Assembly: GCA_900552685.1 (NCBI GenBank)
Contig: USAJ01000001.1
Location: 10,195-74,194 of the forward strand
Direction: 5' to 3'
From: an uncultured Collinsella sp.
GTDB lineage: Bacteria > Actinomycetota > Coriobacteriia > Coriobacteriales > Coriobacteriaceae
Length of the DNA stretch: 64,000 nt
Below, in pieces: positions 44,770 through 56,699 of this stretch. Each line of letters starts with the position of its first letter. The stretch's first letter is position 1. The notes below the pieces were generated by a model. That model was not told the DNA's origin. It ran no database searches and saw only the letters and a program-made list of their open reading frames with translations. The position numbers and the translations under genes are program-made.

Positions 44770-45762
44770 CTAGTCCACAATGACAAGGAATGTCGTGTAG
44801 AGACCCAGATGGAGCCTGTCGCTGTTGGCTATTTCCACCGGGGGATAGATCGTGCCAGGCTCGCGTTGGTCGCGCGGCGGCTCAATCACAATATCGCCGT
44901 CACCCGCGCCCGATTCGAGCACTGTGCCGTTGGTCGATCCAAGGCCCTGGGCGTACCAGTGTTCACCCTCGAGCCAAATGCGAAGATGCTCGCGCGAGGC
45001 GTCGGCGCCTACATCGGTGATGCTGGGCGAGGTTTTGGGCAAAGAACCAATCACGGTGCCGCACGGATCGCGTGTGAGGGGATGGATTTGCATGTCGGCG
45101 CAGTTGTCGGCATAGGTTCTGAGCAGACCGAGGTTGGGAGCGACGGTGTGCGGCTGCTCCAGGCTGCTCATAAAGCCACGTCCGACGGTAGTTTCGGTGG
45201 TGCCAAAGTGCCCGCCCGTCTTGCTGTCGCAAAAGCGCTCGACGGTGGCCACGCCCTGAACGGGATCGGCGAGCGCCCCCGTTGCCACAAAGAGCATAAG
45301 GTAAAGCGTGCTTTTCTCGCGCACGGCATTGCCGTCAAAGTTGTCGATGCGATTGAGGGCATTTGCATATAGGCGGCTGTCCAGCTTGTAGCTGGCGAGA
45401 GCCGACATCATTTCGTTGGCGGCCGGACCGCGATAGTGCTCGGCGATTGCCTGATAGGCGGACTCGCCGCCGCCGAGCTTGCTGCAGATTGCCGCGGAAA
45501 GGTTGAGCGTGGTGACGGTAAAGTCGCTGTAGATGGCGGGCGCGCACTGGTCAGGCTTGCGATGGACGATGTAACGGGTGAGATACGAGCGGTTGGAAGA
45601 GCATTTCTCGAGCAGGGTACTGCCGAGATAGGAGTTTCCATTGATGAGCATTCGGGCGATCTCGAGATGTTTAAGACCGCCGAACGAGCGAATATCGTTA
45701 TAGAGGACCGAGCAAGGCGTCTCTGCTGCCACGGATACCTCCTTTGATTGCTTCCTAGCCAA
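44770..45762 (-). CDS. FHA domain protein
   Basis: C-terminal VIG...ASREH...LGSTNGT; adjacent to the kinase. Confidence 0.75.
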   Translation of the reverse strand: MARKQSKEVSVAAETPCSVLYNDIRSFGGLKHLEIARMLINGNSYLGSTLLEKCSSNRSYLTRYIVHRKPDQCAPAIYSDFTVTTLNLSAAICSKLGGGESAYQAIAEHYRGPAANEMMSALASYKLDSRLYANALNRIDNFDGNAVREKSTLYLMLFVATGALADPVQGVATVERFCDSKTGGHFGTTETTVGRGFMSSLEQPHTVAPNLGLLRTYADNCADMQIHPLTRDPCGTVIGSLPKTSPSITDVGADASREHLRIWLEGEHWYAQGLGSTNGTVLESGAGDGDIVIEPPRDQREPGTIYPPVEIANSDRLHLGLYTTFLVIVD

Positions 45763-45910
45763 TATGGCGATAGGAATTAATGGCCCCCGGTGGGCGACGT
45801 ATTAAATGGTTGCGCAATATATAGCGTAACCAAAGCAACATTATAGGCCACATGTTCGAAATTGCAGGAAGACCGAGAGATTTTGGTTGGACTGAACGGA
45901 AATCCCCCTC

Positions 45911-45969
45911 TGTCTTGTTCTGTAACATTTGGACCCGGTTTTGCCCCGTAACTGTTACAGATCGAGACA
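45911..45969. repeat. Family A, single unit
   Basis: TGTCTTGTTCTGTAAC-N27-GTTACAGATCGAGACA. Confidence 0.9.
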
Positions 45970-46240
45970 ATCGGCCCCGCCCCGCCCCGTCCGCCTCGTC
46001 ATCTGTGGTTTACGTGGGGGCATACGGAGTGCGGGTATACTAACCGGCGGCGAATCTGCTCCATCGCTTAGAGCTGCTGCGTCTGGACGGCGCGTGATAG
46101 GGCTGCCAAAGCGATCGCCAGCGTGCTGAGCAACGTCCTCTCTGTGCGCACCTGTTTTTGTATGTATTAGCGCACTACCAAGCACGCCCGCGCGGCCGCA
46201 TGCCGTGCCCATAACGCGTGCAGATAAGGAACAACGACAT

Positions 46241-48409
<2,169 letters not shown>

Positions 48410-48440
48410 CATACGCATCGCGCGCTAGCGTGAGACAAGC

Positions 48441-48474
48441 TAAGGGCCCGAGCAAATAACGCTCGGGCCCTTTT
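48441..48474 (+). terminator. Terminator after the helicase
   Basis: AAGGGCCCGAGC-AAATAAC-GCTCGGGCCCTTTT. Confidence 0.75.
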
Positions 48475-48581
48475 GTTTGCCGTGTCCATCGCTAATTCAA
48501 ACGTGATGTTCTCGGGAATGCATCTGGGGGATGCTGAGGACCTATTTTCCGCCATGCAGCAATGGGTCCTATGGGGTGCGC

Positions 48582-48816
48582 CGTGCATTTTTTGGAGTAT
48601 TCTGCAGTTCGAGTTGTCTGCATATGATTCGACGTCGCCAACGGTGGCCTTCGGATATCCCTAGCGAGCGTTCCGAGTCAGATTTCGCCGTTTTCCGGAG
48701 CAGGGGCGCGTCATTCTCGCCATGTCGGGACTTAAAATGATACGGCGCCCTACAGTTTTGCCCACCCGCGGCGGTGCTGGCGCGGTCACGTTGCAGAATA
48801 CTCCGTTTTTTGCACG
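48582..48816. repeat. Family E 235-bp IR-bounded element
   Basis: CGTGCATTTTTTGGAGTATTCTGCA ... TGCAGAATACTCCGTTTTTTGCACG; second copy at 62368-62602. Confidence 0.7.
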
Positions 48817-49032
48817 GGCCAGGATGGGGTACCTCAGGAGAACGCGGCGGTATCCAGTAAATATATGCAATCTGTACCGGGAATTATGCAAACCGAAAAG
48901 GCGGGCAGTATGGGTTGGTGTATCGGGCTGCCTAGCGCACCAAAACGGGGAGCTCCCCCCCCATGCGCCGTATACTCTGTCTGAATGTGAAAGCGGCTTG
49001 ACGCGTTGCCAGGCGTAGGGGAGGGTGTCTAG

Positions 49033-49794
49033 ATGAGCGTATTCGAAATTGTGTTTAGTCCGACGGGTGGAACGGAGAAGGTGTCTTGCCTTGTGGCTGG
49101 AGCGCTGGACAAGAATACCGTTACCGTCGATCTGACCGATAGCGGGTTGGATTTCCACGAGGTCTCGATGACGAAGGACGACATGGCTGTTATCTCCGTG
49201 CCAGCGTATGCCGGCAGAGTCCCTGCCGTGGCGGTCGACCGACTGAACATGGTTCACGGCAACGGAGCGCGGGCCGTTCTGGTGTGCGTCTACGGAAACC
49301 GCGCGTTTGAGGACACGCTCGTAGAGCTGGAGGACGTTGCGAAGCATGCGGGATTCCGGGTGATCGCGGCAGTTGCAGCCATTGCAGAACATTCCATTGC
49401 GCGACAGTTTGCTGCCGGTCGTCCGGATGCGCAGGATGCGGCGCAGCTCGCAGAGTTTGCGCAGAAAATTCAGCAAAAGCTGTTGGCTGAGGATACATCC
49501 GAACTCTCTATTCCCGGCAATCGTCCTTATAAACAAGCCGGAGGTCACCGCATGGCACCCGAGGCAACAGAGGATTGCGTCTCCTGCGGTGCATGCGCCG
49601 CGGCGTGCCCCGTTTGTGCTATCGACAAGGGTGACCCCAAACGAGCAGCTGGCGAGGCGTGCATCTCCTGCATGCGCTGCATCGCCGTATGTCCGCGAGG
49701 CGCTCGCAAGCTTGATTCCAACAAACTATCCGCTGTTTCCCAGATGCTGAGCAAGGTTTGCGTCGCGCGGAAGGAATGCGAGCTCTTCATCTAG
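49033..49794 (+). CDS. Flavodoxin-fold + 2x[4Fe-4S] ferredoxin protein (EFR1-like)
   Basis: FSPTGGT, VPAYAGR, VYGNR, two CxxCxxCxxxCP motifs. Confidence 0.85.
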   Translation: MSVFEIVFSPTGGTEKVSCLVAGALDKNTVTVDLTDSGLDFHEVSMTKDDMAVISVPAYAGRVPAVAVDRLNMVHGNGARAVLVCVYGNRAFEDTLVELEDVAKHAGFRVIAAVAAIAEHSIARQFAAGRPDAQDAAQLAEFAQKIQQKLLAEDTSELSIPGNRPYKQAGGHRMAPEATEDCVSCGACAAACPVCAIDKGDPKRAAGEACISCMRCIAVCPRGARKLDSNKLSAVSQMLSKVCVARKECELFI

Positions 49795-49806
49795 CGCAAG
49801 TGAGAT

Positions 49807-49904
49807 TGGTGCAAACAAACCTGGCCCTTTTGCACCAAAAACGATCCGTTTTCCTCCGTTCCCAAGGGATCATGTGATCCGAAGGGGACGGAGGAAAACG
49901 GATC
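49807..49904. repeat. Family D unit followed by a Family C inverted pair
   Basis: TGGTGCAAACAAACCTGGCCCTTTTGCACCA, then GATCCGTTTTCCTCCGTTCCCAAGGGATCA-TG-TGATCCGAAGGGGACGGAGGAAAACGGATC. Confidence 0.8.
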
Positions 49905-50134
49905 AAAAAGGAAAAATAGTAAGGCGCTCTTTTTCACATTGAATATTGCAATTTGGTAACGCGTTTTATCAAATATGGCATTTATCTGCGGTAATGTTCT
50001 ATTTCACCGCTGAGGACGACGTTTCATACCGCCTGCCGAACCGTGTCGCTGCCAAACAACTTTATAGGTCAGTGTTCTGCATGTAGCAATTTCACCCGGC
50101 CCCGCCTCCGGGCTGCCATGTGAGAGGGGATCTT

Positions 50135-51967
50135 ATGGCTCGACTGCATGTAATGGAACGCAGCCACGCTCAGGCCGTCATGGACGACCTGCACGATGCG
50201 CTCGGACGTCGTCTGGCGGTGAGTTCGCTCGCTCCGTGTCCCGTTGAGTTTACGGCAGCGCTCGTCAACCTGTGCTCCACCCAGAGCTGTGGCAAGTGCA
50301 CGCCCTGCCGTGTGGGCCTGAGCGCGCTGAGCGACCTGCTCGCCGATGTGCTCGAAGGGCGCGCCGATGAGTCCACGCTCAACCTTATTGAGCGCACGGC
50401 CCGCACCATCTACCTTTCGAGCGACTGCGCCATTGGCTACGAAGCTGGCGCCATGGCACTCACGGCCATTCGCGGCTTCCGCGACGACTTTGAGCGCCAC
50501 ATCCGCGAGCACTCCTGCGGCTTTGACCGCGAGGCTCGCGTTCCGTGCGTTTCGGGCTGCCCGGCGCACGTCGACATTCCCGGTTACATTTCGCTGGTCG
50601 AGGCCGGCCGCTATGCCGATGCCGTCAAGGTCATTCGCAAGAACAATCCGCTGCCGCTCGTCTGCGGCCTGGTGTGCGAGCATCCCTGCGAGATGCACTG
50701 CCGCCGCGGCATGGTCGATGACCCCATGAATATCCTTGCCCTCAAGCGGTTTGCCGTTGAGCACAGCGACCTCAACGACCGCAAGCCGCATGTAGTGGAC
50801 AACACCGGTAAGCGCGTCGCCGTGATCGGCGGCGGCCCGGCCGGCCTTTCCTGTGCTTACTACCTGGCCGTGATGGGCCACAAGGTGACCATCTTTGAGC
50901 AGCGCCACCACTTGGGCGGCATGCTGCGCTACGGCATCCCCAGCTATCGTCTGCCGCGCGAGCGCCTGCAGGCCGAGATCGACTGGATTTTGAGCGCCGG
51001 CATCGACGTGGAGCTCGACCACTCCGTGAACGGCGAGGAGCTCGCCCGCCTGCGCGACGAGTTCGATGCCGTCTACCTGGCCATCGGTGCCCACAGCGAT
51101 AAGAAGCTCGGCCTTCCGGGCGAAGAGGTGTCCGGCGTGGAGTCGGCCGTCAAGATGCTGCGTGCCATCGGCGATGACGAGCTGCCCGACCTGAGCGGCC
51201 AGCGCGTGTGCGTCATCGGCGGCGGCAACGTTGCCATGGACGTGGCACGCTCTGCCGTGCGCTGCGGTGCCGAAAAGGTGAGCATCGTCTACCGCCGTCG
51301 CATCTGCGACATGACGGCCCAGGATGCCGAGATCGCCGGCGCCCAGGCCGAGGGCTGCGAGGTGCTGGAGCTGACGGCTCCACTCGCTATCGAGACGGGC
51401 GAGGAAGGTCGCGTGAGTGGCCTGCGCGTGCAGCCGCAGATTATCGGCGAGCCCCGCCGCGGTCGTCCGGCTCCGCGTGCCGCCGCCACGCCCGAGCGCG
51501 TCATCCCCTGCGAGCGCGTGTTTGTGGCCATTGGTCAGGACATCGATTCCAAACCGTTTGAGGAGATGGGCATTGCCTGCAAGTGGGGCTGCATCGTCAC
51601 CGATTCGGACGGCGCCGTGCCCAACTTCGATGGCCTCTTTAGCGGTGGCGACTGCCAGACCGGCCCCGCCACCGTCATCCGCGCTATCAATGCCGGCCGC
51701 GTGGCTTCGGCAAACATCGACCGCTACCTGGGCTTCGACCACAAGATCAAGCTCGAGGTCGAGCTGCCGACCGTTCAGTTTAAGGGCAAGCATGAGTGCG
51801 GCCGCTGCGAGCTGGGCGAGCGCGAGGCCGGCGAGCGTATTCACGATTGGAATCTGGTCGAGCAGGGTCTCACCGAGCAGGAGGCGCGCCAGGAGGCGAG
51901 CCGCTGCCTGCGTTGCGACCACTTTGGCTTTGGCGCGTTCCGCGGAGGGAGGAACCTGGAATGGTAG
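50135..51967 (+). CDS. NAD(P)/FAD oxidoreductase: NuoF-type 4Fe-4S domain fused to a GltD-like domain (hydrogenase partner)
   Basis: QSCGKCTPCRVG, PCVSGCPAH, GGGPAG, GGGNVAMD, EASRCLRCD. Confidence 0.88.
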   Translation: MARLHVMERSHAQAVMDDLHDALGRRLAVSSLAPCPVEFTAALVNLCSTQSCGKCTPCRVGLSALSDLLADVLEGRADESTLNLIERTARTIYLSSDCAIGYEAGAMALTAIRGFRDDFERHIREHSCGFDREARVPCVSGCPAHVDIPGYISLVEAGRYADAVKVIRKNNPLPLVCGLVCEHPCEMHCRRGMVDDPMNILALKRFAVEHSDLNDRKPHVVDNTGKRVAVIGGGPAGLSCAYYLAVMGHKVTIFEQRHHLGGMLRYGIPSYRLPRERLQAEIDWILSAGIDVELDHSVNGEELARLRDEFDAVYLAIGAHSDKKLGLPGEEVSGVESAVKMLRAIGDDELPDLSGQRVCVIGGGNVAMDVARSAVRCGAEKVSIVYRRRICDMTAQDAEIAGAQAEGCEVLELTAPLAIETGEEGRVSGLRVQPQIIGEPRRGRPAPRAAATPERVIPCERVFVAIGQDIDSKPFEEMGIACKWGCIVTDSDGAVPNFDGLFSGGDCQTGPATVIRAINAGRVASANIDRYLGFDHKIKLEVELPTVQFKGKHECGRCELGEREAGERIHDWNLVEQGLTEQEARQEASRCLRCDHFGFGAFRGGRNLEW

Positions 51968-53772
51968 AGCTCAACAAAACCACCGTCGGCGACAACAGCG
52001 AAAACGGAGCGCACAATATGGTCAAGCTCATTATCGATAACTGCGAAGTCGTGGTGCCCGAGCACACCACAATCCTGGACGCAGCCAAGTCCGTCGGCAT
52101 CCAGATTCCCACCCTGTGCTATCTGCGCGATCTAAACGAGATCGGCGGCTGCCGTGTGTGCGTGGTCGAGGTTGAGGGCTGTGATCAGCTGGTTGCCGCC
52201 TGCAACAACTACGTGCTCGACGGCATGGTGGTCCACACCAACAGCCCCAAGGCCCGCGAGGCCCGTCGCACCAACGTGCAGCTGTTGCTGTCCCAGCACG
52301 ATTCGCAGTGCACGAGCTGCGTGCGCAGCGGCAACTGCAACCTACAGACCATCGCCAACGACCTGGGCATTTTCTATCTGCCGTATCAAAGGCATTTGGC
52401 GGGCGAGGGCTGGGATTTCGATTTTCCCATCATCCGCGAAAACGACAAGTGCATTAAATGCATGCGCTGCATCAAGGTGTGCGAGAGCGTGCAGGGCCTG
52501 GGGATTTGGGACCTGACCAACCGCGCCACGCATACCGCCGTGGGCACCCGCGGGCGCGCACCGATCGGCAAGACCGATTGCGTCGCGTGCGGCCAGTGCA
52601 TTACGCATTGCCCGACGGGTGCGCTGCGCGAGCGCGACGATACCGAGACCGTGTTTGACGCGCTCGCTAATCCCGACAAGATCGTGCTGGTGCAGATCGC
52701 GCCGGCCGTGCGTAGCGCCTGGGGCGAGGAGCTTGGCATCCCGCGCGAGGAGGCCACCGTCGAGCGCCTGGCTTGCGCGCTGCGTCGCGTAGGCTTTGAG
52801 TACGTGTTCGACACCGATTTCTCGGCCGACCTCACCATTATGGAGGAGGGCTCCGAGCTGCTCGAGCGCCTGGGTGCCGCCGCTAAGGGCGCGGGCGATA
52901 GCCGTGGCTGGCCCATGTTTACGAGCTGCTGCCCGGGCTGGGTGCGCTTTGTGAAGGCCCGCTATCCGGAGTTTGTCGACAGCCTGTCTACGTCCAAGTC
53001 GCCGCAGCAGATGTTCGGTGCTATTGCCAAGACGTACTACGCCAAGGTGCTGGGTGTGGAGCCCGAGCGCCTGTTTGTGGTGTCCGTGATGCCGTGCACG
53101 GCCAAGAAGGCCGAGTGTGCGCTGCCGAGCATGGTGGGCGAGGGCGGCGCGCCCGACGTAGACGTTGCGCTGACGGTGCGCGAGATGGTGCGCATGATCC
53201 GCGCGAGCCACGTGAGCGTGGACACGCTGGTCGAGGAGCCGCTCGATACGCCGCTGGGCTTTGGCACGGGCGCGGGTGTGATTTTTGGCGCCACGGGCGG
53301 CGTGATGGAGGCCGCCGTGCGCTCGGCATATTACCTGGTGACGGGCAAGAACCCCGACGCTGACTTCTTTACCGATGTGCGCGGACTTGACGGCTGGAAG
53401 GAAGCCGTCGCCGATGTCGATGGCACCAAGGTGCGCGTCGCCGTGGCGCACGGGCTGGGCAACGCCGCTCGCCTGCTCGATGCGATTCGCGACGGCCGTG
53501 CGAGCTATGACTTCGTTGAGGTTATGGCGTGCCCGGGCGGCTGCGTCGGTGGCGGCGGTCAGCCCATCCACGACGGCTGCGAGCTGGCAGCCGAGCGCGG
53601 CCGGGTGCTGTGGGGCCTGGATGCGAAGGCGGACATTCGCTTCTCGCACGAGAATCCCGATGTCCAGGCGTGCTACAGCGAGTTTTTGGGTGCGCCGCTT
53701 TCGCCGCTGGCCGAGGAGTTGCTGCATGCCGACCATCACGCCTGGTCGATGCCTAACGAGGGGAAGTGCTAA
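51961..53772 (+). CDS. hydA: [FeFe]-hydrogenase catalytic subunit, group A
   Basis: H-cluster motifs FTSCCPGW, MPCTAKKAE, EVMACPGGCVGGGGQP; N-terminal 2Fe-2S and 4Fe-4S domains; start 51961 or 52018. Confidence 0.93.
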   Translation: MVELNKTTVGDNSENGAHNMVKLIIDNCEVVVPEHTTILDAAKSVGIQIPTLCYLRDLNEIGGCRVCVVEVEGCDQLVAACNNYVLDGMVVHTNSPKAREARRTNVQLLLSQHDSQCTSCVRSGNCNLQTIANDLGIFYLPYQRHLAGEGWDFDFPIIRENDKCIKCMRCIKVCESVQGLGIWDLTNRATHTAVGTRGRAPIGKTDCVACGQCITHCPTGALRERDDTETVFDALANPDKIVLVQIAPAVRSAWGEELGIPREEATVERLACALRRVGFEYVFDTDFSADLTIMEEGSELLERLGAAAKGAGDSRGWPMFTSCCPGWVRFVKARYPEFVDSLSTSKSPQQMFGAIAKTYYAKVLGVEPERLFVVSVMPCTAKKAECALPSMVGEGGAPDVDVALTVREMVRMIRASHVSVDTLVEEPLDTPLGFGTGAGVIFGATGGVMEAAVRSAYYLVTGKNPDADFFTDVRGLDGWKEAVADVDGTKVRVAVAHGLGNAARLLDAIRDGRASYDFVEVMACPGGCVGGGGQPIHDGCELAAERGRVLWGLDAKADIRFSHENPDVQACYSEFLGAPLSPLAEELLHADHHAWSMPNEGKC

Positions 53773-53774
53773 CG

Positions 53775-54821
53775 ATGCGCGCGTTTGATGTTGAGCTGTC
53801 GCGCCGGGGATTTGCCTCGGCGCTTGCCGCGGGCGCGTTGTTGCTCGCGCTGGCTGGCTGCGGTGGCGGGTCTGCGGGGGCGGGGTCTGCTGCCGGGTCT
53901 GCCGCTGACGGTGCCGCCGCGGAGCCGGTTGAGGTGCACGTCGCTTCGCTCAAGGGTCCGACGTCGATCGGTCTGGTGCAGTTTATGGACCGGGCGGCCG
54001 ATGGCGAGACGGACAATGAGTTCGACTTTGCGATCAGCGCCGCAGCCGATGAGATCGTGCCCAAGGTCATTCAGGGCGATATCGACATTGCCCTGGTGCC
54101 CGCCAACGTGGCGAGCGTGCTCTACAACAAGACCGAGGGCGCGGTGCAGGTCATCGACATCAACACACTGGGCGTGCTGAACGTTGTGACGGGCGACGCG
54201 AGTGTGGCCTCGTTTGGCGACCTGGCGGGTCGCACCGTCTACATGACGGGCAAGGGCGCCACGCCGGAGTACGTCATGAACTACCTGCTGGAGCGCGCGG
54301 GCCTGACCGGCCAGGTGGCGCTTGAGTTTAAGAGCGAGCCCACCGAGGTGCTGTCGGCGCTGCTTGCCGATCCGTCTGCCGTGGGCGTGCTGCCCGAGCC
54401 GTTCAAGACCGCTGCCATCGCCAAGAGCGAGGGCAAGCTGTCGGCGCCGGTAAATCTGACTGATGTGTGGGATGAGCTGGCGGATGACACGGGTTCGCGC
54501 TTGCTGACGGGCGTGACCGTGGTGCGCCGTGCCTTTGCCGAGGAGCATCCCAAGGCCGTGGCGGAATTCTTGCGCTGCCATGCGGCGAGTGTGAAGGCCG
54601 TCAACGCAGCGCCGGCAGACTGGGCGCAGGCCGTGGTCGATGCCGGCATCGTGGATAACGCGACGATTGCCGAAAAGGCGATTCCCGGGTGCATGCTTGT
54701 GTGCCAGACGGGGAAGGATATGAAGGCGGCGCTCGGTGGGTACCTGCAGGTGCTGGCCGATGCGGATGCGAGCGCCGTGGGCGGCAAGCTTCCGGCTGAC
54801 GATTTCTACTACATGGAGTAG
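53775..54821 (+). CDS. ABC substrate-binding lipoprotein (SsuA/NMT1-like) with Tat-like signal
   Basis: SRRGF twin-arginine motif, LAGC lipobox, LKGPT, GKGATPE, LPEPF. Confidence 0.8.
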   Translation: MRAFDVELSRRGFASALAAGALLLALAGCGGGSAGAGSAAGSAADGAAAEPVEVHVASLKGPTSIGLVQFMDRAADGETDNEFDFAISAAADEIVPKVIQGDIDIALVPANVASVLYNKTEGAVQVIDINTLGVLNVVTGDASVASFGDLAGRTVYMTGKGATPEYVMNYLLERAGLTGQVALEFKSEPTEVLSALLADPSAVGVLPEPFKTAAIAKSEGKLSAPVNLTDVWDELADDTGSRLLTGVTVVRRAFAEEHPKAVAEFLRCHAASVKAVNAAPADWAQAVVDAGIVDNATIAEKAIPGCMLVCQTGKDMKAALGGYLQVLADADASAVGGKLPADDFYYME

Positions 54822-54845
54822 CCCGTGTGTGCGTTTGCTCGACAA

Positions 54846-56200
54846 ATGATAGAGCGTATGAAGGCGGTGGCGGCAGCAGGTGCCGTCGCCGCCTTTTGGC
54901 TTGCCGTGTGGGTCTTCGCGGCGGCGCTGGTGGCACAGCCGCTGATTTTGCCGGGTCCGGGTGCTGTTGTGGTGGCGTTGCTGCGGCTGGTATGCGATGC
55001 CGGCACGTGGGCGATTCTGGCGGGCTCGGGTGCGCGGATTCTAGGCGGTTTGGCGCTTGCCGCGGTGTGCGGTGGTTTGCTGGCCGGAATTTCGTCGCGC
55101 TCGCAGGCGTTTGTCCGCTTGGTGGCTCCGGCGCTTTCGTTTGTTAAGGCGACGCCGGTTGCCTGCGTGGTGGTCCTGCTGCTCATTTGGCTGGGGTCGG
55201 CGCGCGTGAGCATTGCGGCGGTCTTTTTGATGGCGCTTCCGGGCGTGTATTTTTCGCTGGTCGAGGGTTTGACGCAAGCGGATAAGCCGCTGGAGCAGAT
55301 GTTTCGTCTGCATGGCGTGCGGGGTTGGCGACTGTTTTGTGCCCACACCTGGCGCGAAGTCCTGCCGTTTGTGCTTTCGTGCGCCCGCGCCGTGATTGGC
55401 ATGAGCTGGAAGGCCGGCGTGGCGGCGGAGCTGATCGGCATGGCGACGGGCACCGTGGGCGAGCGCATCTATCAGGCGAAGCTGCTCATCGAGACGGCTG
55501 ACCTGCTGGCGTGGACCGTGTTGGTCGTGGCGGCATCGTGGGCATGCGAGCGCGTGCTGATGTGGCTGCTGCGGGCTTCGGGTTCCGTGGCATGGCGTGT
55601 TGCCGTGCGGACGCATGGACATGGACTGCGCGGGCGTGCGGGGCCGCGAGCGATGGCGCTGCGGCGGAGCTTGCGCTTGCCGTGGGCGATCGGGCGCCCT
55701 GGGCGCCGGCGCTCGACGGACTGGTACTTCGCGTGCCCGCCGGTGGGCGTACCTGCGTGATGGGCGCCTCGGGTGCGGGCAAGTCGACGCTCCTTGCCCT
55801 TGCGGCGGGGGAGTGCGCGCCATGCTCCATGGTGTTTCAGGATGTGCGCCTGGTCGAGGACGTTTCTGCCCTGGATAACGTGCTGGTGTGTGCCGACGCG
55901 CGCGTGGATGCCTCGAGCGCCGCAGCCCTGTTGCGCCTGCTGGTACCGGGAAGCAATGTGCATGCCCGCGTGGCCGAGCTCTCGGGCGGGCAGCGCCGTC
56001 GCGTTGAGATTGCCCGAGCCCTGCTGTGTCCGGGCGGCGCGGTGATTCTGGACGAGCCCTTTACCGGTCTAGATACCGCTGCGCGCGACGCATGCGCCGA
56101 AGTCGTGCTCGACTTGCTCGACGGTCGCATGCTGTTGCTTGCCACGCACGATGCCGTCGACGCTCGGGCCCTCAATATCTCGGACATCATCACACTCTAA
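54846..56200 (+). pseudogene. ABC permease-ATPase (SsuC/SsuB-like), apparently a fusion gene interrupted by a frameshift near 55640
   Basis: The permease frame (SWKAGVAAE) and the ATPase frame (GASGAGKST, LSGGQRRR, LDEPF) overlap by about 250 nt; the ATPase frame has no credible start upstream of Walker A. Confidence 0.6.
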
Positions 56201-56220
56201 ATACTTATTCAGCAACAAAA

Positions 56221-56251
56221 TGATCCGTTTTCCTCCGTCCCCAAGGGATCA
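56221..56251 (+). repeat. Family C direct repeat (left)
   Basis: TGATCCGTTTTCCTCCGTCCCCAAGGGATCA. Confidence 0.85.
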
Positions 56252-56415
56252 GATGTGCTATTCTATCTGCGGGGTAATACTTAGGAATACCAAGTAATAC
56301 CAACGCCGTAGAAACAAACTCCAGATGCGGGCCAATCGGGTTGCCTTCACAGCCCGTCGCCCAGCCGCGTGGCCCGCATCTATCCGCACCACCGTCGTTT
56401 CAAAAAGGAAGCGCC

Positions 56416-56616
56416 ATGGCAGAACACATGACCCCCGTAGTCGCGAAGGTCTTGCCCGAGGAAAAGGCAGCCTTCGCGGCGGCAACTCAGCTCGTGGGCA
56501 CCACGCCGTCCAACGCCATCCGCATGTTTATCGCTGCGTTCAATCGCTGCGGCACCTTTCCGTTCGACATTTCGCCCAGCGGGGCCTTTGGCACTGCACC
56601 CGATTCTCATCAATAA
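56416..56616 (+). CDS. RelB/DinJ-family antitoxin-like protein (orphan)
   Basis: GTTPSNAIRMFIAAFNRCGTFPFDI resembles the DinJ/RelB RHH core; AAGGA RBS. Confidence 0.7.
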   Translation: MAEHMTPVVAKVLPEEKAAFAAATQLVGTTPSNAIRMFIAAFNRCGTFPFDISPSGAFGTAPDSHQ

Positions 56617-56617
56617 G

Positions 56618-56648
56618 TGATCCGTTTTCCTCCGTCCCCATGGGATCA
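56618..56648 (+). repeat. Family C direct repeat (right)
   Basis: TGATCCGTTTTCCTCCGTCCCCATGGGATCA (30/31 identical to the left copy). Confidence 0.85.
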
Positions 56649-56699
56649 GCTCTCTGCCGAGTTGTGGTAGAACTAGGGAACGGTTTTGAGGAGGTTGGC

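Noticed and set aside
56325..56699. N-terminal extension of the CPBP protease ORF
   Set aside because: It overlaps the RelB-like gene and a repeat; the real start is more likely ATG 56700 after GAGGAGG.
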